A stretch of 45,008 nucleotides of DNA from Gammaproteobacteria bacterium (GTDB lineage: Bacteria > Pseudomonadota > Gammaproteobacteria > Pseudomonadales > CAMLJR01): assembly GCA_050485745.1 (NCBI GenBank), contig JBJHBY010000002.1, positions 1 to 45,008 on the forward strand, written 5' to 3'. This document shows positions 8,383-17,212 of the stretch, piece by piece. The notes beneath the pieces were generated by a model. The model had not been told where the DNA came from. It was given only the letters and a program-made list of their open reading frames with translations, and ran no database searches. The position numbers were made by a program, and so were the translations under genes. The stretch's first letter is position 1; every line of letters begins with the position of its first letter.

Positions 8383-9606
8383 TCAGCCCTGTCGGCCCAT
8401 GGCCTGCTCCATGAACAGGCGTTTCAGCGGTGCTGCACGATCGACCTGACGCAGGCCGGCATTGCGCAGCCAGCGCAGGGGGAGGGCCTCGGCGCCAAAC
8501 AGGTGCCGGAATCCCTCCATGGCCGCCATCATCGCCAGGTTGTGGCCCTTGCGGCGGCGCTGGTAGCGGGCCAGCACACGCGGATCTCCGGGGTTGAGGT
8601 CGCGGCCCGACGCGCGTCCCAGCTCTTCGGCGAGAACCCGCGCATCGAGCAGGCCGAGATTGATGCCCTGGCCGGCGAGGGGGTGGATGCTGTGCGCGGC
8701 ATCGCCGATCAGGGCGATCCCGGGCTGGCAGTAGTCGACCGCGTGGCACTGGCGCAGGGGAAAGCTGAAGCGGCGACTGCTGGCCTCAATCTCGCCCAGG
8801 CGTTGCTCAAAGGCACGCGCCAGACGGTCGTGGAAGCCATCGGCATCCATCGACAGCAGCGTGCGGGCGTGCTCCGGCGAGGTTGACCATACAATCGAAC
8901 ACAGGTGGCCGTCACCGGCCAGCGGCAGGAAGGCGAGGGGCCCCTGGCCGGTAAAACACTGCCAGGCCGTGTCGCCGTGGGGGATTGCGGTGCGCACGCT
9001 GCAGACCACCGCATGCTGTCCGTAGTCCCAGGCGCGGGTGCGCAGCCCGGCCCAGTCGCGCACCCGTGAATTGGCGCCATCGGCGCCCACCAGCAGGTCG
9101 CAGGCGACCTGACGCTCCTGGTCCAGGCTCAGCAGTAGCCGCTCCCCGCGCCGCTCGATCTGTTCCAGTGCCGCCGGGTACAGCAGGCGCACGGGGCTTT
9201 CCGTCAGACCACTGAGCAGGGCGTGCTGGATCTGATTGTTCTCGACGATATGGCCCAGTGCCTCGGCCCGGACTTCGTTCGCGTCGAAGTCGATCGCCCC
9301 CGTGCCCTCGCCATCCCAGACATGCATATGGCGATAGCTGGCGATGCGCCCGGCGGTCACACGCGGCCACGCACCCAATTGTTCCAGCCAGGTGGCGGAG
9401 GCGGGGGACAGTGCACTGACCCGGGCATCCACATCCTCGACCGTCTGTATCGGGCCACGGGCAGGTGGGGGTGCTACCCGGGCTTCGAGCAGGGCGACAC
9501 GCAGGCCGCTCTCCGCCAGACCCAGGGCGAGAGCGCTGCCCGCCATGCCGGCGCCGACGATGGCGACATCCACGGATAACGCTGGCATGGAGGCTGACCT
9601 CGTCAT
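8383..9606 (-). CDS. ubiI: FAD-dependent ubiquinone biosynthesis hydroxylase, UbiI (VisC)-like
   Basis: ORF 8383..9624(-). DVAIVGAGMAGSALALGL (GxGxxG), GDAAHSIHPLAGQGINLGLLD. Second hydroxylase after ubiH, as in the E. coli pepP-ubiH-ubiI operon. Start ambiguous: 9606 (ATGA overlap with the ubiH stop) is chosen; 9588 (MPALSVDVAIVGAG) is equally plausible. Confidence 0.82.
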   Translation of the reverse strand: MTRSASMPALSVDVAIVGAGMAGSALALGLAESGLRVALLEARVAPPPARGPIQTVEDVDARVSALSPASATWLEQLGAWPRVTAGRIASYRHMHVWDGEGTGAIDFDANEVRAEALGHIVENNQIQHALLSGLTESPVRLLYPAALEQIERRGERLLLSLDQERQVACDLLVGADGANSRVRDWAGLRTRAWDYGQHAVVCSVRTAIPHGDTAWQCFTGQGPLAFLPLAGDGHLCSIVWSTSPEHARTLLSMDADGFHDRLARAFEQRLGEIEASSRRFSFPLRQCHAVDYCQPGIALIGDAAHSIHPLAGQGINLGLLDARVLAEELGRASGRDLNPGDPRVLARYQRRRKGHNLAMMAAMEGFRHLFGAEALPLRWLRNAGLRQVDRAAPLKRLFMEQAMGRQG

Positions 9607-10862
9607 GGCAGCGGCCGGGAGCAACCGGCCGCTGCGCGGGTGAAGTGCCGGCGCGGGCCGGGCAGGGCATCGAGCAGGGCAAGGCCGAGGCCGCGCCCGC
9701 TGCCCGCCAGGGGCAAGCGCAGATCGAACAGGCGCGGCAGCAGGTCTGACAGAGCGATGGTCCAGGCCTGGTCCGCGGCCTGGCGCTCCGCATAGCTGCG
9801 CAACAGTTTCAGTGCGCCGATGTCAGTGCCGGCCCGGGCCACCGGGCCAAGCAGCCCGGCAAGCTGGGCCACATCGCGCAGGGCGAGGTTGAAGCCCTGG
9901 CCCGCAACCGGATGCAGGCTGTGTGCGGCGTTGCCCAGCACCACCAGACGTGAACGTACCTGTTCCCGGGCCAGAATCCGCGCCAGCGGGTAGGTGTCGC
10001 GCCGCCCCACCCGCAGCAGGCGACCCTGGCGCCAGCCGAAAGCCTGTTGCAGGGCGTCCAGAAAGACGTCGGATGGGCAGTCCCGCATTTGTTGTGCCTG
10101 TGCCTCCGGCAGGCTCCAGACCAGGGCGCTGCGGCCGCCAGAGGCCGCGTCATCGGGCAGTGGCAGCAGGGCCAGGGGGCCGTTGCGGGTGAAGCGTTCG
10201 AAGGCGCGACCGGCGTGGGCATTCGCACTGCCGATATTGGCGATCAGCGCCGTGTGCGGGTAGTGCGTGCGTTGCGTCTCGATGCCGAGTTGCCGGCACA
10301 GGCCCGAATCGGCACCGTCCGCGACGCAGAGCAGGCGAGCCTGCAGCGGCGATGGGGGTTCTTCCGGCGCGCTGGGGTGACGCAGCTCCAGGTGAACCGC
10401 GTCGCCACTCCAGCGGGCGACGCTGACCTCGGCGGGTGCCGCCAGGCTGACGCCGGGTGCCCGGCGCAAGGCGGCCAGCAGGACCTGGCCCAGCCAGCTG
10501 TTCTCGATGACATGCCCGAGACTGTCCCAGCCCTGGTCGCTGGCGTGCAGCCCGGTGTGGCCCCAGTGGTGGCGCTGGGAGACATGGATATGGGTGATGG
10601 CGGCCGCATGCTGTGCCAGCTCGGGCCACAGGCCGAGTCCGCCGAAGATCTGCTCGCTGGAGCGGGACAGCGCCGTGGAGCGGGCGTCGAAGCTCGGCCG
10701 GTACTGTGGCCGCTGCGCGGGTTCGCCGGTGGCGGGTGGCAGTGCGTTGCGCTCGACCACCAGGGTGCGCAGCTGGCCCTGGCTGCCGTGGGCCAGGGCC
10801 AGGGCCAGGCTGATGCCGACCATGCCACCGCCGGCAATGACCACATCGTAAGCGGTGCTCAT
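9603..10862 (-). CDS. ubiH: 2-octaprenyl-6-methoxyphenol hydroxylase UbiH (FAD-dependent)
   Basis: ORF 9603..10862(-). YDVVIAGGGMVGISLALAL, GNAAHSLHPVAGQGFNLALRD. Its start overlaps the pepP stop (ATGA at 10859-10862). Confidence 0.85.
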   Translation of the reverse strand: MSTAYDVVIAGGGMVGISLALALAHGSQGQLRTLVVERNALPPATGEPAQRPQYRPSFDARSTALSRSSEQIFGGLGLWPELAQHAAAITHIHVSQRHHWGHTGLHASDQGWDSLGHVIENSWLGQVLLAALRRAPGVSLAAPAEVSVARWSGDAVHLELRHPSAPEEPPSPLQARLLCVADGADSGLCRQLGIETQRTHYPHTALIANIGSANAHAGRAFERFTRNGPLALLPLPDDAASGGRSALVWSLPEAQAQQMRDCPSDVFLDALQQAFGWRQGRLLRVGRRDTYPLARILAREQVRSRLVVLGNAAHSLHPVAGQGFNLALRDVAQLAGLLGPVARAGTDIGALKLLRSYAERQAADQAWTIALSDLLPRLFDLRLPLAGSGRGLGLALLDALPGPRRHFTRAAAGCSRPLP

Positions 10863-12190
10863 GAGGCCTTGCGCCGCGCCGGGGCCATCAGCTTCTCGAT
10901 GTCCGCAACCCGTTTCGGTGCGTCTCCGGTGAGAACCTCGCAGCGTTGCCGGGTGACGGCGACGTCATCCTCGATGCGGATGCCGATGCCGCGCCATTTG
11001 CGGGCGACATCCGCATTGTGTGGCGATACATAGATGCCGGGTTCGATGGTCATCACCATGCCGGGTTCGAGCACGCGCCACTCGCCGCCGACCTTGTAGT
11101 CGCCAACATCGTGCACGTCCATGCCCAGCCAGTGGCCGGCACGGTGCATATAGAACGGCTTGTAGGCCTCGGTTTCGATCAGTTCTTCGACCTCGCCGTC
11201 CAGCAGGCCGAGGTCGACCAGGCCCTGGGTGATGATGCGCACCGTGGTGTCGTGGGGCTGGTTCCAGTGGTTGCCGGGTCGCACTGCCTCGATCGCCGCC
11301 AGTTGCGCCTCCAGCACGACTTCGTAGAGCGCCTGCTGCTCGCGGCTGAAGCGGCCGTTGGCGGGAAAGGTGCGGGTGATGTCCGCGGCGTAGTAGTCCA
11401 GTTCGCAGCCGGCGTCGATCAGCACCAGATCGCCGTCGCGGATGGTGGCACTGTTGTCGTTGTAATGCAGGATGCAGCCGTTGTCGCCGCTGCCAACGAT
11501 GCAGTTGTAGGCGGGCAGGCGCGCCCCCTGGCGGGCGAATTCGTGCAGCAACTCCGCCTCCAGCTGGTATTCGGTCACCCCGGGGCGGCAGGCCTGCATG
11601 GCGCGGATGTGTCCCTGGGCGGAAATGACCGCGGCCTCGCGCATCACCCGCAATTCGCCGGCGCTCTTGTACAGGCGCATGTCGTGCAGGAGATGGTCGA
11701 GGTCGAGGAATTCGCCGGGTGGATGGGCCCCGGAGCGGACCTTGGAGCGGATCACATTGACCCACTGCATCACGCGGCGGTCGAACTCTGCATTGCGTCC
11801 CATGGCGTAGTAGACGCGCTCACGGCCTTCGATCAGTCCGGGCAGGATGTCATCGATATCATTGATGGGAAAGGCATCGTCGGCACCGAAGCGTTCACAG
11901 GCGCCTTCGGGCCCCACGCGGTAGCCGTTCCACAGCTCCATGTGCGGATCGCGCTCGCGGCAGAACAGGACCACTTCGCCGTGGCTGCGGCCTGGCAGCA
12001 GCACCAGGACCGCATCGGGCTCGTTGAAGCCGGTCAGGTAATAGAAGTCGCTGTCCTGGCGGAAGGGGTAGTCGACATCGCGGTTGCGCAACTGCTCACG
12101 TGCCGAAGGCACGATGGCGATGCTCTCGGGTTCCATCTGCGCCATCAGGTTGCGACGGCGGCGGGCGAATTCCTGTTTGCTGATGGGCAT
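10859..12190 (-). CDS. pepP: Xaa-Pro aminopeptidase PepP (M24B)
   Basis: ORF 10859..12190(-). The metal ligand context (LIDAGCELDYYAADITRTFP, HWLGMDVHDV, MVMTIEPGIY, GIGIRIEDDV) is typical of aminopeptidase P. Confidence 0.92.
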   Translation of the reverse strand: MPISKQEFARRRRNLMAQMEPESIAIVPSAREQLRNRDVDYPFRQDSDFYYLTGFNEPDAVLVLLPGRSHGEVVLFCRERDPHMELWNGYRVGPEGACERFGADDAFPINDIDDILPGLIEGRERVYYAMGRNAEFDRRVMQWVNVIRSKVRSGAHPPGEFLDLDHLLHDMRLYKSAGELRVMREAAVISAQGHIRAMQACRPGVTEYQLEAELLHEFARQGARLPAYNCIVGSGDNGCILHYNDNSATIRDGDLVLIDAGCELDYYAADITRTFPANGRFSREQQALYEVVLEAQLAAIEAVRPGNHWNQPHDTTVRIITQGLVDLGLLDGEVEELIETEAYKPFYMHRAGHWLGMDVHDVGDYKVGGEWRVLEPGMVMTIEPGIYVSPHNADVARKWRGIGIRIEDDVAVTRQRCEVLTGDAPKRVADIEKLMAPARRKAS

Positions 12191-12247
12191 GGCGATCCGG
12201 ATTTGACGGCTGTTGTTGCTCCGGAGCTTAACATGCCGGGGACCAGC

Positions 12248-12874
12248 TCAGTGCAGGGTCTTGCGGCGGAACAGGTCGCCCGGTGAGGTGGCGGCGGGCT
12301 CTGCCTGCGGCGTGCCGGCGGGGCGCTGCTCCCAGCACAGTTGTGCCGCGATGAGGCGCACATGTTCGCTGATGTCGCTGAAATCGCTCTCCGCCGTCTC
12401 ATCGTGCTCGTCCTCCGCCAGCCCGGCGTTGGCAATGGCCACGAGGTCTTGCAGCAGGGCCTCGGCTTCTGCCCCGGGCGCCGTTCCGGCTTCCGCGAAG
12501 CCGGCGAGAAAGCCCTGGCACCAGCAGGCCAGCTGATCGACCCGTTCACCCAGGTCGCAGTCGTCATCCGGCAGCAGCAGGCGCAGCCCGAGATCCTCCC
12601 CCCGGGTGATGGCCAGGGCATCCTCGCGCAGGGCCAGCAGGGTTTGTCTGGCGGCCTCCGCCGGGGGCTGGAAGTCACCGTGGTTGCCGGCCAGGCGCAA
12701 CCATTCTTCCTCTCCCGGGCTGCGTCCCGCAGCGATCAGGCCCAGCAGCAGTCCCTGCAGCTCCGAGGCCGAGCACAGGGCGCCGAGGCCGGAGAGGGTC
12801 TGTTCCAGGTCGTCGAAGTCGGGTGTCGGGTCGGCGCGGGTCACGGGGGCGTCTCCTGTGGGCGGGTTGGGCAT
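12248..12874 (-). CDS. ygfB: UPF0149 family protein YgfB
   Basis: ORF 12248..12964(-), trimmed to the ATG at 12874. SASELQGLLLGLIAAG..., an acidic C-terminal half, and the position immediately upstream of pepP as in E. coli and Pseudomonas. Start position uncertain. Confidence 0.7.
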   Translation of the reverse strand: MPNPPTGDAPVTRADPTPDFDDLEQTLSGLGALCSASELQGLLLGLIAAGRSPGEEEWLRLAGNHGDFQPPAEAARQTLLALREDALAITRGEDLGLRLLLPDDDCDLGERVDQLACWCQGFLAGFAEAGTAPGAEAEALLQDLVAIANAGLAEDEHDETAESDFSDISEHVRLIAAQLCWEQRPAGTPQAEPAATSPGDLFRRKTLH

Positions 12875-13109
12875 TCTAGCAGAGGGGTGCCGGCATGCCT
12901 CACCGGTTGCCGGCGATCCGGGTGGCAATGTACGCATTGTTGTTGCGCGGTGTGAAATGCGCACATTGACCGCTGTCGGGGCCGGGTTCTATAGTTGTTG
13001 ACCGGGCCGCCGTCGTCGGTATGGCCCCGTTCGTCGGTGTCAGGCAGTAGCGGCCATCAGGCTGCCAGGCCGGGTCGTCCCTTCTTCTGGTTACGGAGCC
13101 GGTTTCGGC

Positions 13110-13319
13110 ATGGAACTCCAGCAACTTGGCCAGCTTGAGCGCAAGATTGATGAGCTGATCCAGCTCTGTGGCGAGCTCGACCGGGAAAATCGCGCACTCA
13201 AGTCCGAGGCGCGTGACTGGCATCAGGAGCGCGAGAGCCTGATCGAGAAGACCGAGCTCGCGCGGGGCAAGGTCGAGGCAATGATCCAGCGCCTCAAGGC
13301 CCTGGAGCAGGAGTCCTGA
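13110..13319 (+). CDS. Small coiled-coil protein of the ZapB-like/TIGR02449 type that precedes zapA in many gammaproteobacteria
   Basis: ORF 13110..13319, 69 aa, heptad-rich (LERKIDELIQLCGELDRENRALKSEARDWHQERESLIEKTELARGKVEAMIQRLKALE). Its stop lies 1 nt before the zapA ATG. Confidence 0.65.
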   Translation: MELQQLGQLERKIDELIQLCGELDRENRALKSEARDWHQERESLIEKTELARGKVEAMIQRLKALEQES

Positions 13320-13320
13320 C

Positions 13321-13626
13321 ATGCCCCACACCGCGATTGTGCGTATTCTGGACAAGGAATATCAGGTCGCCTGCCCCCCGGAGCAGGAGGCTGCACTGCT
13401 CGAGGCCGCGCGCCATCTCGACCGGCAGATGCGCGGTATCCGCGAAACCGGCAAGGTCATTGGCCTTGAGCGCATCGCAGTGATGGCGGCGCTCAACACC
13501 ACCCATGAACTGCTGCAGAAAACGGCCGAGGGGCATCTGTCCCGTGCAGGCCAGGAACAGCTGCGCCGTCTCAACGATCGCGTGGATGATGCCCTGCAGC
13601 GTTTTCGTCAGCTTGATATCGGTTGA
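13321..13626 (+). CDS. zapA: Cell division protein ZapA
   Basis: ORF 13321..13626. VRILDKEYQVACPPEQEAALLEAARHLDRQMRGIRETGKVIGLERIAVMAALNTTHELL is the ZapA signature. Followed by ssrS as in E. coli. Confidence 0.88.
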   Translation: MPHTAIVRILDKEYQVACPPEQEAALLEAARHLDRQMRGIRETGKVIGLERIAVMAALNTTHELLQKTAEGHLSRAGQEQLRRLNDRVDDALQRFRQLDIG

Positions 13627-13655
13627 GCCGGCTGCGTCGCGATGGCGGCCGCGAT

Positions 13656-13684
13656 GGGACACTCCCGCGGTGGGCTGCTATACT
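13656..13684 (+). promoter_or_regulatory. Candidate sigma70 promoter for ssrS
   Basis: -35 GGGACA (13656-13661), 17-nt spacer, -10 TATACT (13679-13684). The 6S closing-stem sequence begins a few nt downstream. Confidence 0.5.
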
Positions 13685-13687
13685 GCA

Positions 13688-13868
13688 ATCTCCCCTGAGA
13701 TACGCGCCAGGTGGCCAAGACCCCTGAGCCGATGAGTGTAGTACCGGGGGTTTCCAGTTGTCGTTGTTGTGCATGTCCGCCCGACGGAAAGCCTGAAACG
13801 TCACGGAGGCCTCCACCTTGAACCACTGGGTTCAAGGGCCAGGTTGCCAGCGGTATCTCGGGGCTTTT
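13688..13868 (+). ncRNA. ssrS: 6S RNA (SsrS); ends approximate to within about 5 nt
   Basis: Direct similarity to remembered E. coli 6S blocks: CCCCUGAGCCGAU (13722-13734), CACCUUGAACCA-UGGGUUCAAGGG (about 13813-13838), terminal GGUAUCUCGGGG pairing with 5' CCCCUGAGAUAC. Canonical zapA-ssrS-ygfA synteny. Confidence 0.9.
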
Positions 13869-13930
13869 CCTCTACCCCTGTCTCTATTCCGCCGTCTGAC
13901 CGCGTCGATTGCACGGTTGCGCGTTGCCCC

Positions 13931-14563
13931 ATGACTTCTTCCCCCGCCGCCAGTAATGGGCTCTCCACCGAAAAGCGCCAGTTGCGCCGCCTGTTGCGCG
14001 CCCGACGCAGGGCCCTGCCGGCCTGGCGGCAACGCCGCGCGGCACTGGATGTGATGCGCCGTGTCGCGCGGATACCGGAGTTTCGGGCGGCGCGGCGCAT
14101 CGCGGCCTACATCGCCCATGATGGCGAACTGGACCCGGCGCCCCTGGTGCGCCTCGCGCTGGCGCGTGGCAAACAGGTCTATCTGCCGGTGCTGCACCCG
14201 GGCGGTAGGCTGCGGTTGTTCAGGGTTGGCCCGGGCACGCGCTGGCGGCGCAACCGGTTCGGTATTGCGGAGCCGCGAGGGGGGGACACCCTGCCGTTTG
14301 CGGCGCTGGATCTGGTGCTGATGCCACTGGTGGGGTTTGATGCCGGTGGTGGGCGGCTGGGCATGGGGGCGGGTTACTACGATCGCAGCCTGGCGGATGT
14401 GCCTGTTGGCCGGCCCTTGCTGATGGGGCTGGCGCACTCCTGCCAGCAGGTTGCGGCCCTGCCGCTCGAGCCCTGGGATCGGCCCCTGCAGCAGGTGGTT
14501 ACGGAGCGTGGGCTGTTCAGGCCAGCAGCTGCAGCGCGGCGGTCAGTGCAATGCCCAGGCTGA
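13931..14563 (+). CDS. ygfA: 5-formyltetrahydrofolate cyclo-ligase
   Basis: ORF 13769..14563, trimmed to the ATG at 13931 because the upstream part overlaps 6S RNA. KRQLRRLLRARRRALP..., AAYIAHDGELD, DLVLMPLVGFDAGGGRLGMGAGYYDR is the 5-FCL signature. Synteny with ssrS. Confidence 0.85.
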   Translation: MTSSPAASNGLSTEKRQLRRLLRARRRALPAWRQRRAALDVMRRVARIPEFRAARRIAAYIAHDGELDPAPLVRLALARGKQVYLPVLHPGGRLRLFRVGPGTRWRRNRFGIAEPRGGDTLPFAALDLVLMPLVGFDAGGGRLGMGAGYYDRSLADVPVGRPLLMGLAHSCQQVAALPLEPWDRPLQQVVTERGLFRPAAAARRSVQCPG

Positions 14564-14757
14564 AGGCGGCCATGGTGAGAGTCAGTGCGTCGGTTTTCAG
14601 GAACATGGCGGGAAACCGTTCTGTTGCTTCCCTTTCAGCCTAACGCCCGGCTGCGGGTGATGCCACGCCAGTGTTGCGCTTTGTGACGGGCATCGCTCGC
14701 CAGGAGTGACCGGGCTGGCGCTTGTTCCCCGGTCGCCGCTCACCGGTGGCGACTGCT

Positions 14758-16284
14758 TCAGCTCCTGGGGGCCAGAAACAGCCGGTAAACCGGGTTGTCC
14801 GTTTCCTCGATGAAGCGGTAGTCGAGGCTCTGCAGTGCCTCGTGCAGAGCCTTGCGCGCACCCGGTGGCACCTGCAGACCGACCAGAACACGCCCATAGG
14901 CGGCGCCGTGATTGCGGTAGTGGAACAGGGAGATGTTCCAGCGCGAACCCAGCTTCGTCAGGAACTTCAGCAGGGCGCCGGGGCGCTCGGGGAACTCGAA
15001 GCGATAGATGACTTCATCGCTCAGGCTGGCCGCCGGGTGGCCGCCGACCATGTGGCGGATGTGCAGTTTTGCCATCTCGTCGTCGCTGAGGTCGATCACC
15101 GCGTAGCCGCCGCTCTCCAGGTCCGCGAGCAGTTCGGCGCGATCCTCCGAGCCTGGCGCGACCTGCACGCCGACAAAGATCTGGGCGCGGTCGGCATCGG
15201 CGTAGCGATAGTTGAACTCGGTGATATTGCGGCGCCCGATCAGGTCGCAGAAGCGGCGGAAACTCCCCGGCTGCTCTGGGATGGTGACACTGATGATGGC
15301 TTCGCGACCTTCGCCGATTTCGGTGCGCTCGGAGATGTAGCGCAGGCGGTCGAAGTTGGTGTTGGCGCCACTGTCGATGGCCAGCAGGGTCTGGTCGCGG
15401 GCTCCGGTGTTCTCGATGTACTTTTTCAGTCCGGCCAGGGCCAGCGCCCCCGCGGGCTCGGCGATGGACCGGGTATCGTCGAAAATATCCTTGATGGCGG
15501 CGCAGATCTCATCGGTGGAAACGGTGATGACCTCGTCCACCGTCTTGCGCAGGATGCGGAAGGTCTCCTTGCCGATGCGCGCCACCGCCACGCCATCAGC
15601 GAAGATGCCGACCTCTTTCAGTGTGACCCGCCGCCCCTTGTCCATGGCCGCCTTGAGGCAGGCTGCTTCCTCGGGCTCGACGGCGATGATGCGGATTTCC
15701 GGGCGCACGTACTTGATGAAGGCCGCGACCCCGGCGCAAAGGCCGCCACCCCCCACCGGCACGAACACGGCATCGAGCCTCCCCGGGTGCTGGCGCAGGA
15801 TTTCCATGCCGATGGTGCCCTGGCCGGCGATCACGTCCGGGTCGTCGTAGGGGTGGACGTAGATCAGTCCGCGCTCGGTGACCAGCTTCTGCGCGTGCTG
15901 TGAGGCCTCGTCATAGGTGTCGCCGTGAAGAATCACCCGTGCGCCGCGGTTGCGCACCGCGTCCACCTTGATCTGGGGTGTGGTGCGGGGCATCACGATA
16001 GTGGCCTTTACGCCCAGCTTGAGGGCGGCCAGCGCCAGCCCCTGGGCATGATTGCCGGCGGAGGCGCAAATCACTCCGGTGGCCAGCTCCTCCGGGCTCA
16101 GCTGCGCGAGCTTGTTGTAGGCGCCGCGCAGCTTGAAACTGAATACCGGCTGCAGGTCCTCGCGCTTGAGCAGAATACAGTTCTGGAAGCGGCGCGACAG
16201 GAGTGCGGCGTGGTCGATGGGGGTTTCGATGGCGACATCGTAGACTCTCGAGGCCAGGATCTTCTTGATATAGTGCTGCGGCAT
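14758..16284 (-). CDS. ilvA: Biosynthetic threonine ammonia-lyase (threonine dehydratase) IlvA with two C-terminal ACT-like regulatory domains
   Basis: ORF 14758..16284(-). PLP lysine motif LKREDLQPVFSFKLRGAYN, GGGGLCAGVA, about 508 aa (long biosynthetic form). Confidence 0.93.
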   Translation of the reverse strand: MPQHYIKKILASRVYDVAIETPIDHAALLSRRFQNCILLKREDLQPVFSFKLRGAYNKLAQLSPEELATGVICASAGNHAQGLALAALKLGVKATIVMPRTTPQIKVDAVRNRGARVILHGDTYDEASQHAQKLVTERGLIYVHPYDDPDVIAGQGTIGMEILRQHPGRLDAVFVPVGGGGLCAGVAAFIKYVRPEIRIIAVEPEEAACLKAAMDKGRRVTLKEVGIFADGVAVARIGKETFRILRKTVDEVITVSTDEICAAIKDIFDDTRSIAEPAGALALAGLKKYIENTGARDQTLLAIDSGANTNFDRLRYISERTEIGEGREAIISVTIPEQPGSFRRFCDLIGRRNITEFNYRYADADRAQIFVGVQVAPGSEDRAELLADLESGGYAVIDLSDDEMAKLHIRHMVGGHPAASLSDEVIYRFEFPERPGALLKFLTKLGSRWNISLFHYRNHGAAYGRVLVGLQVPPGARKALHEALQSLDYRFIEETDNPVYRLFLAPRS

Positions 16285-16408
16285 GGTGTCGGGCGCTGTT
16301 CGCGGTATGAAGCGAACCAGTCTAGCGCGATTGCCGGGCCAGTTCAGCCCCCGCCAACCCGGGCAGCCGATATAATGCGCCGATCGCAGCCGGGCCCGGG
16401 GGGCAGCA

Positions 16409-17083
16409 ATGAACCAGGATCAGTTGAAGCAGGTCGTCGCCGAGGCGGCGCTAGCGTACATTCGGCCACGGCTGGAGCCGCATATGGTGCTGGGGATCGG
16501 CACAGGCTCCACCGCCAACCGGTTCATCGACGCCCTGGCGGCCCTGCGCGACGGGTTCAGGGGAGCGGTCGCCAGTTCCGAGGCTTCCGCGGCGCGCCTG
16601 CGCGGCCACGGTATCCCGGTTTACGACCTGAACGAGATCGACGCCCTGCCGTTCTATATTGACGGTGCTGACGAGGCCAACCCGCAGCTGCATCTGATCA
16701 AGGGCGGTGGCGCCGCCCTGACCCGGGAGAAAATTGTTGCCGCAGTGGCTGAAGAATTCATCTGCATTGCCGATGACAGTAAGTACGTGCAGCAACTCGG
16801 CGCCTTTCCGCTGCCGGTCGAGGTCATTCCCATGGCGCGGTCCCATGTGGCCCGCCAACTGGTGCGCCTGGGCGGGGAGCCGGTCTACCGGCAGGGGGTG
16901 GTGACGGACAATGGCAACATCATTCTCGACGTCCGCCATTTCCCGATTCCCGACCCGGTCGCCACGGAGACGGCGATCAACCAGATCACCGGCGTGGTCA
17001 CCAATGGGCTGTTTGCACTGCGTCCGGCTGACTGCCTGCTGCTGGGCGGCCCGGACGGGGTGGTGGCCCATCACCGCCCCTGA
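16409..17083 (+). CDS. rpiA: Ribose-5-phosphate isomerase A
   Basis: ORF 16409..17083. [46 protein letters not shown] is the RpiA signature. Confidence 0.93.
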   Translation: MNQDQLKQVVAEAALAYIRPRLEPHMVLGIGTGSTANRFIDALAALRDGFRGAVASSEASAARLRGHGIPVYDLNEIDALPFYIDGADEANPQLHLIKGGGAALTREKIVAAVAEEFICIADDSKYVQQLGAFPLPVEVIPMARSHVARQLVRLGGEPVYRQGVVTDNGNIILDVRHFPIPDPVATETAINQITGVVTNGLFALRPADCLLLGGPDGVVAHHRP

Positions 17084-17212
17084 CAGGCGAACTGCGTCGG
17101 GCGCTGCTATATTTCCAGTCTGCACAGGCTGGTGACGGGTCCACAGCCAGCTCCTGGTGGCGGAGGAAGCGCCCAGCGGGTGGCCAATGAACAACGGAAT
17201 AGGTGAAGAACG

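Noticed and set aside
14517-14606. Homology of the 29-aa peptide to the type I toxin TisB, based on a shared AALQLL string and equal length
   Set aside because: A six-residue match in low-complexity hydrophobic sequence is not evidence of homology. There is no LexA box or recognisable antitoxin RNA context. It is kept only as a low-confidence small-ORF lead.
14731-14752. Hairpin GTCGCCGCTCACCGGTGGCGAC just after the ilvA stop, considered as an intrinsic terminator
   Set aside because: It is a 9-bp stem with two G-U pairs and no following U-tract on the sense strand. It is too weak to annotate as a feature, though it may contribute to termination.
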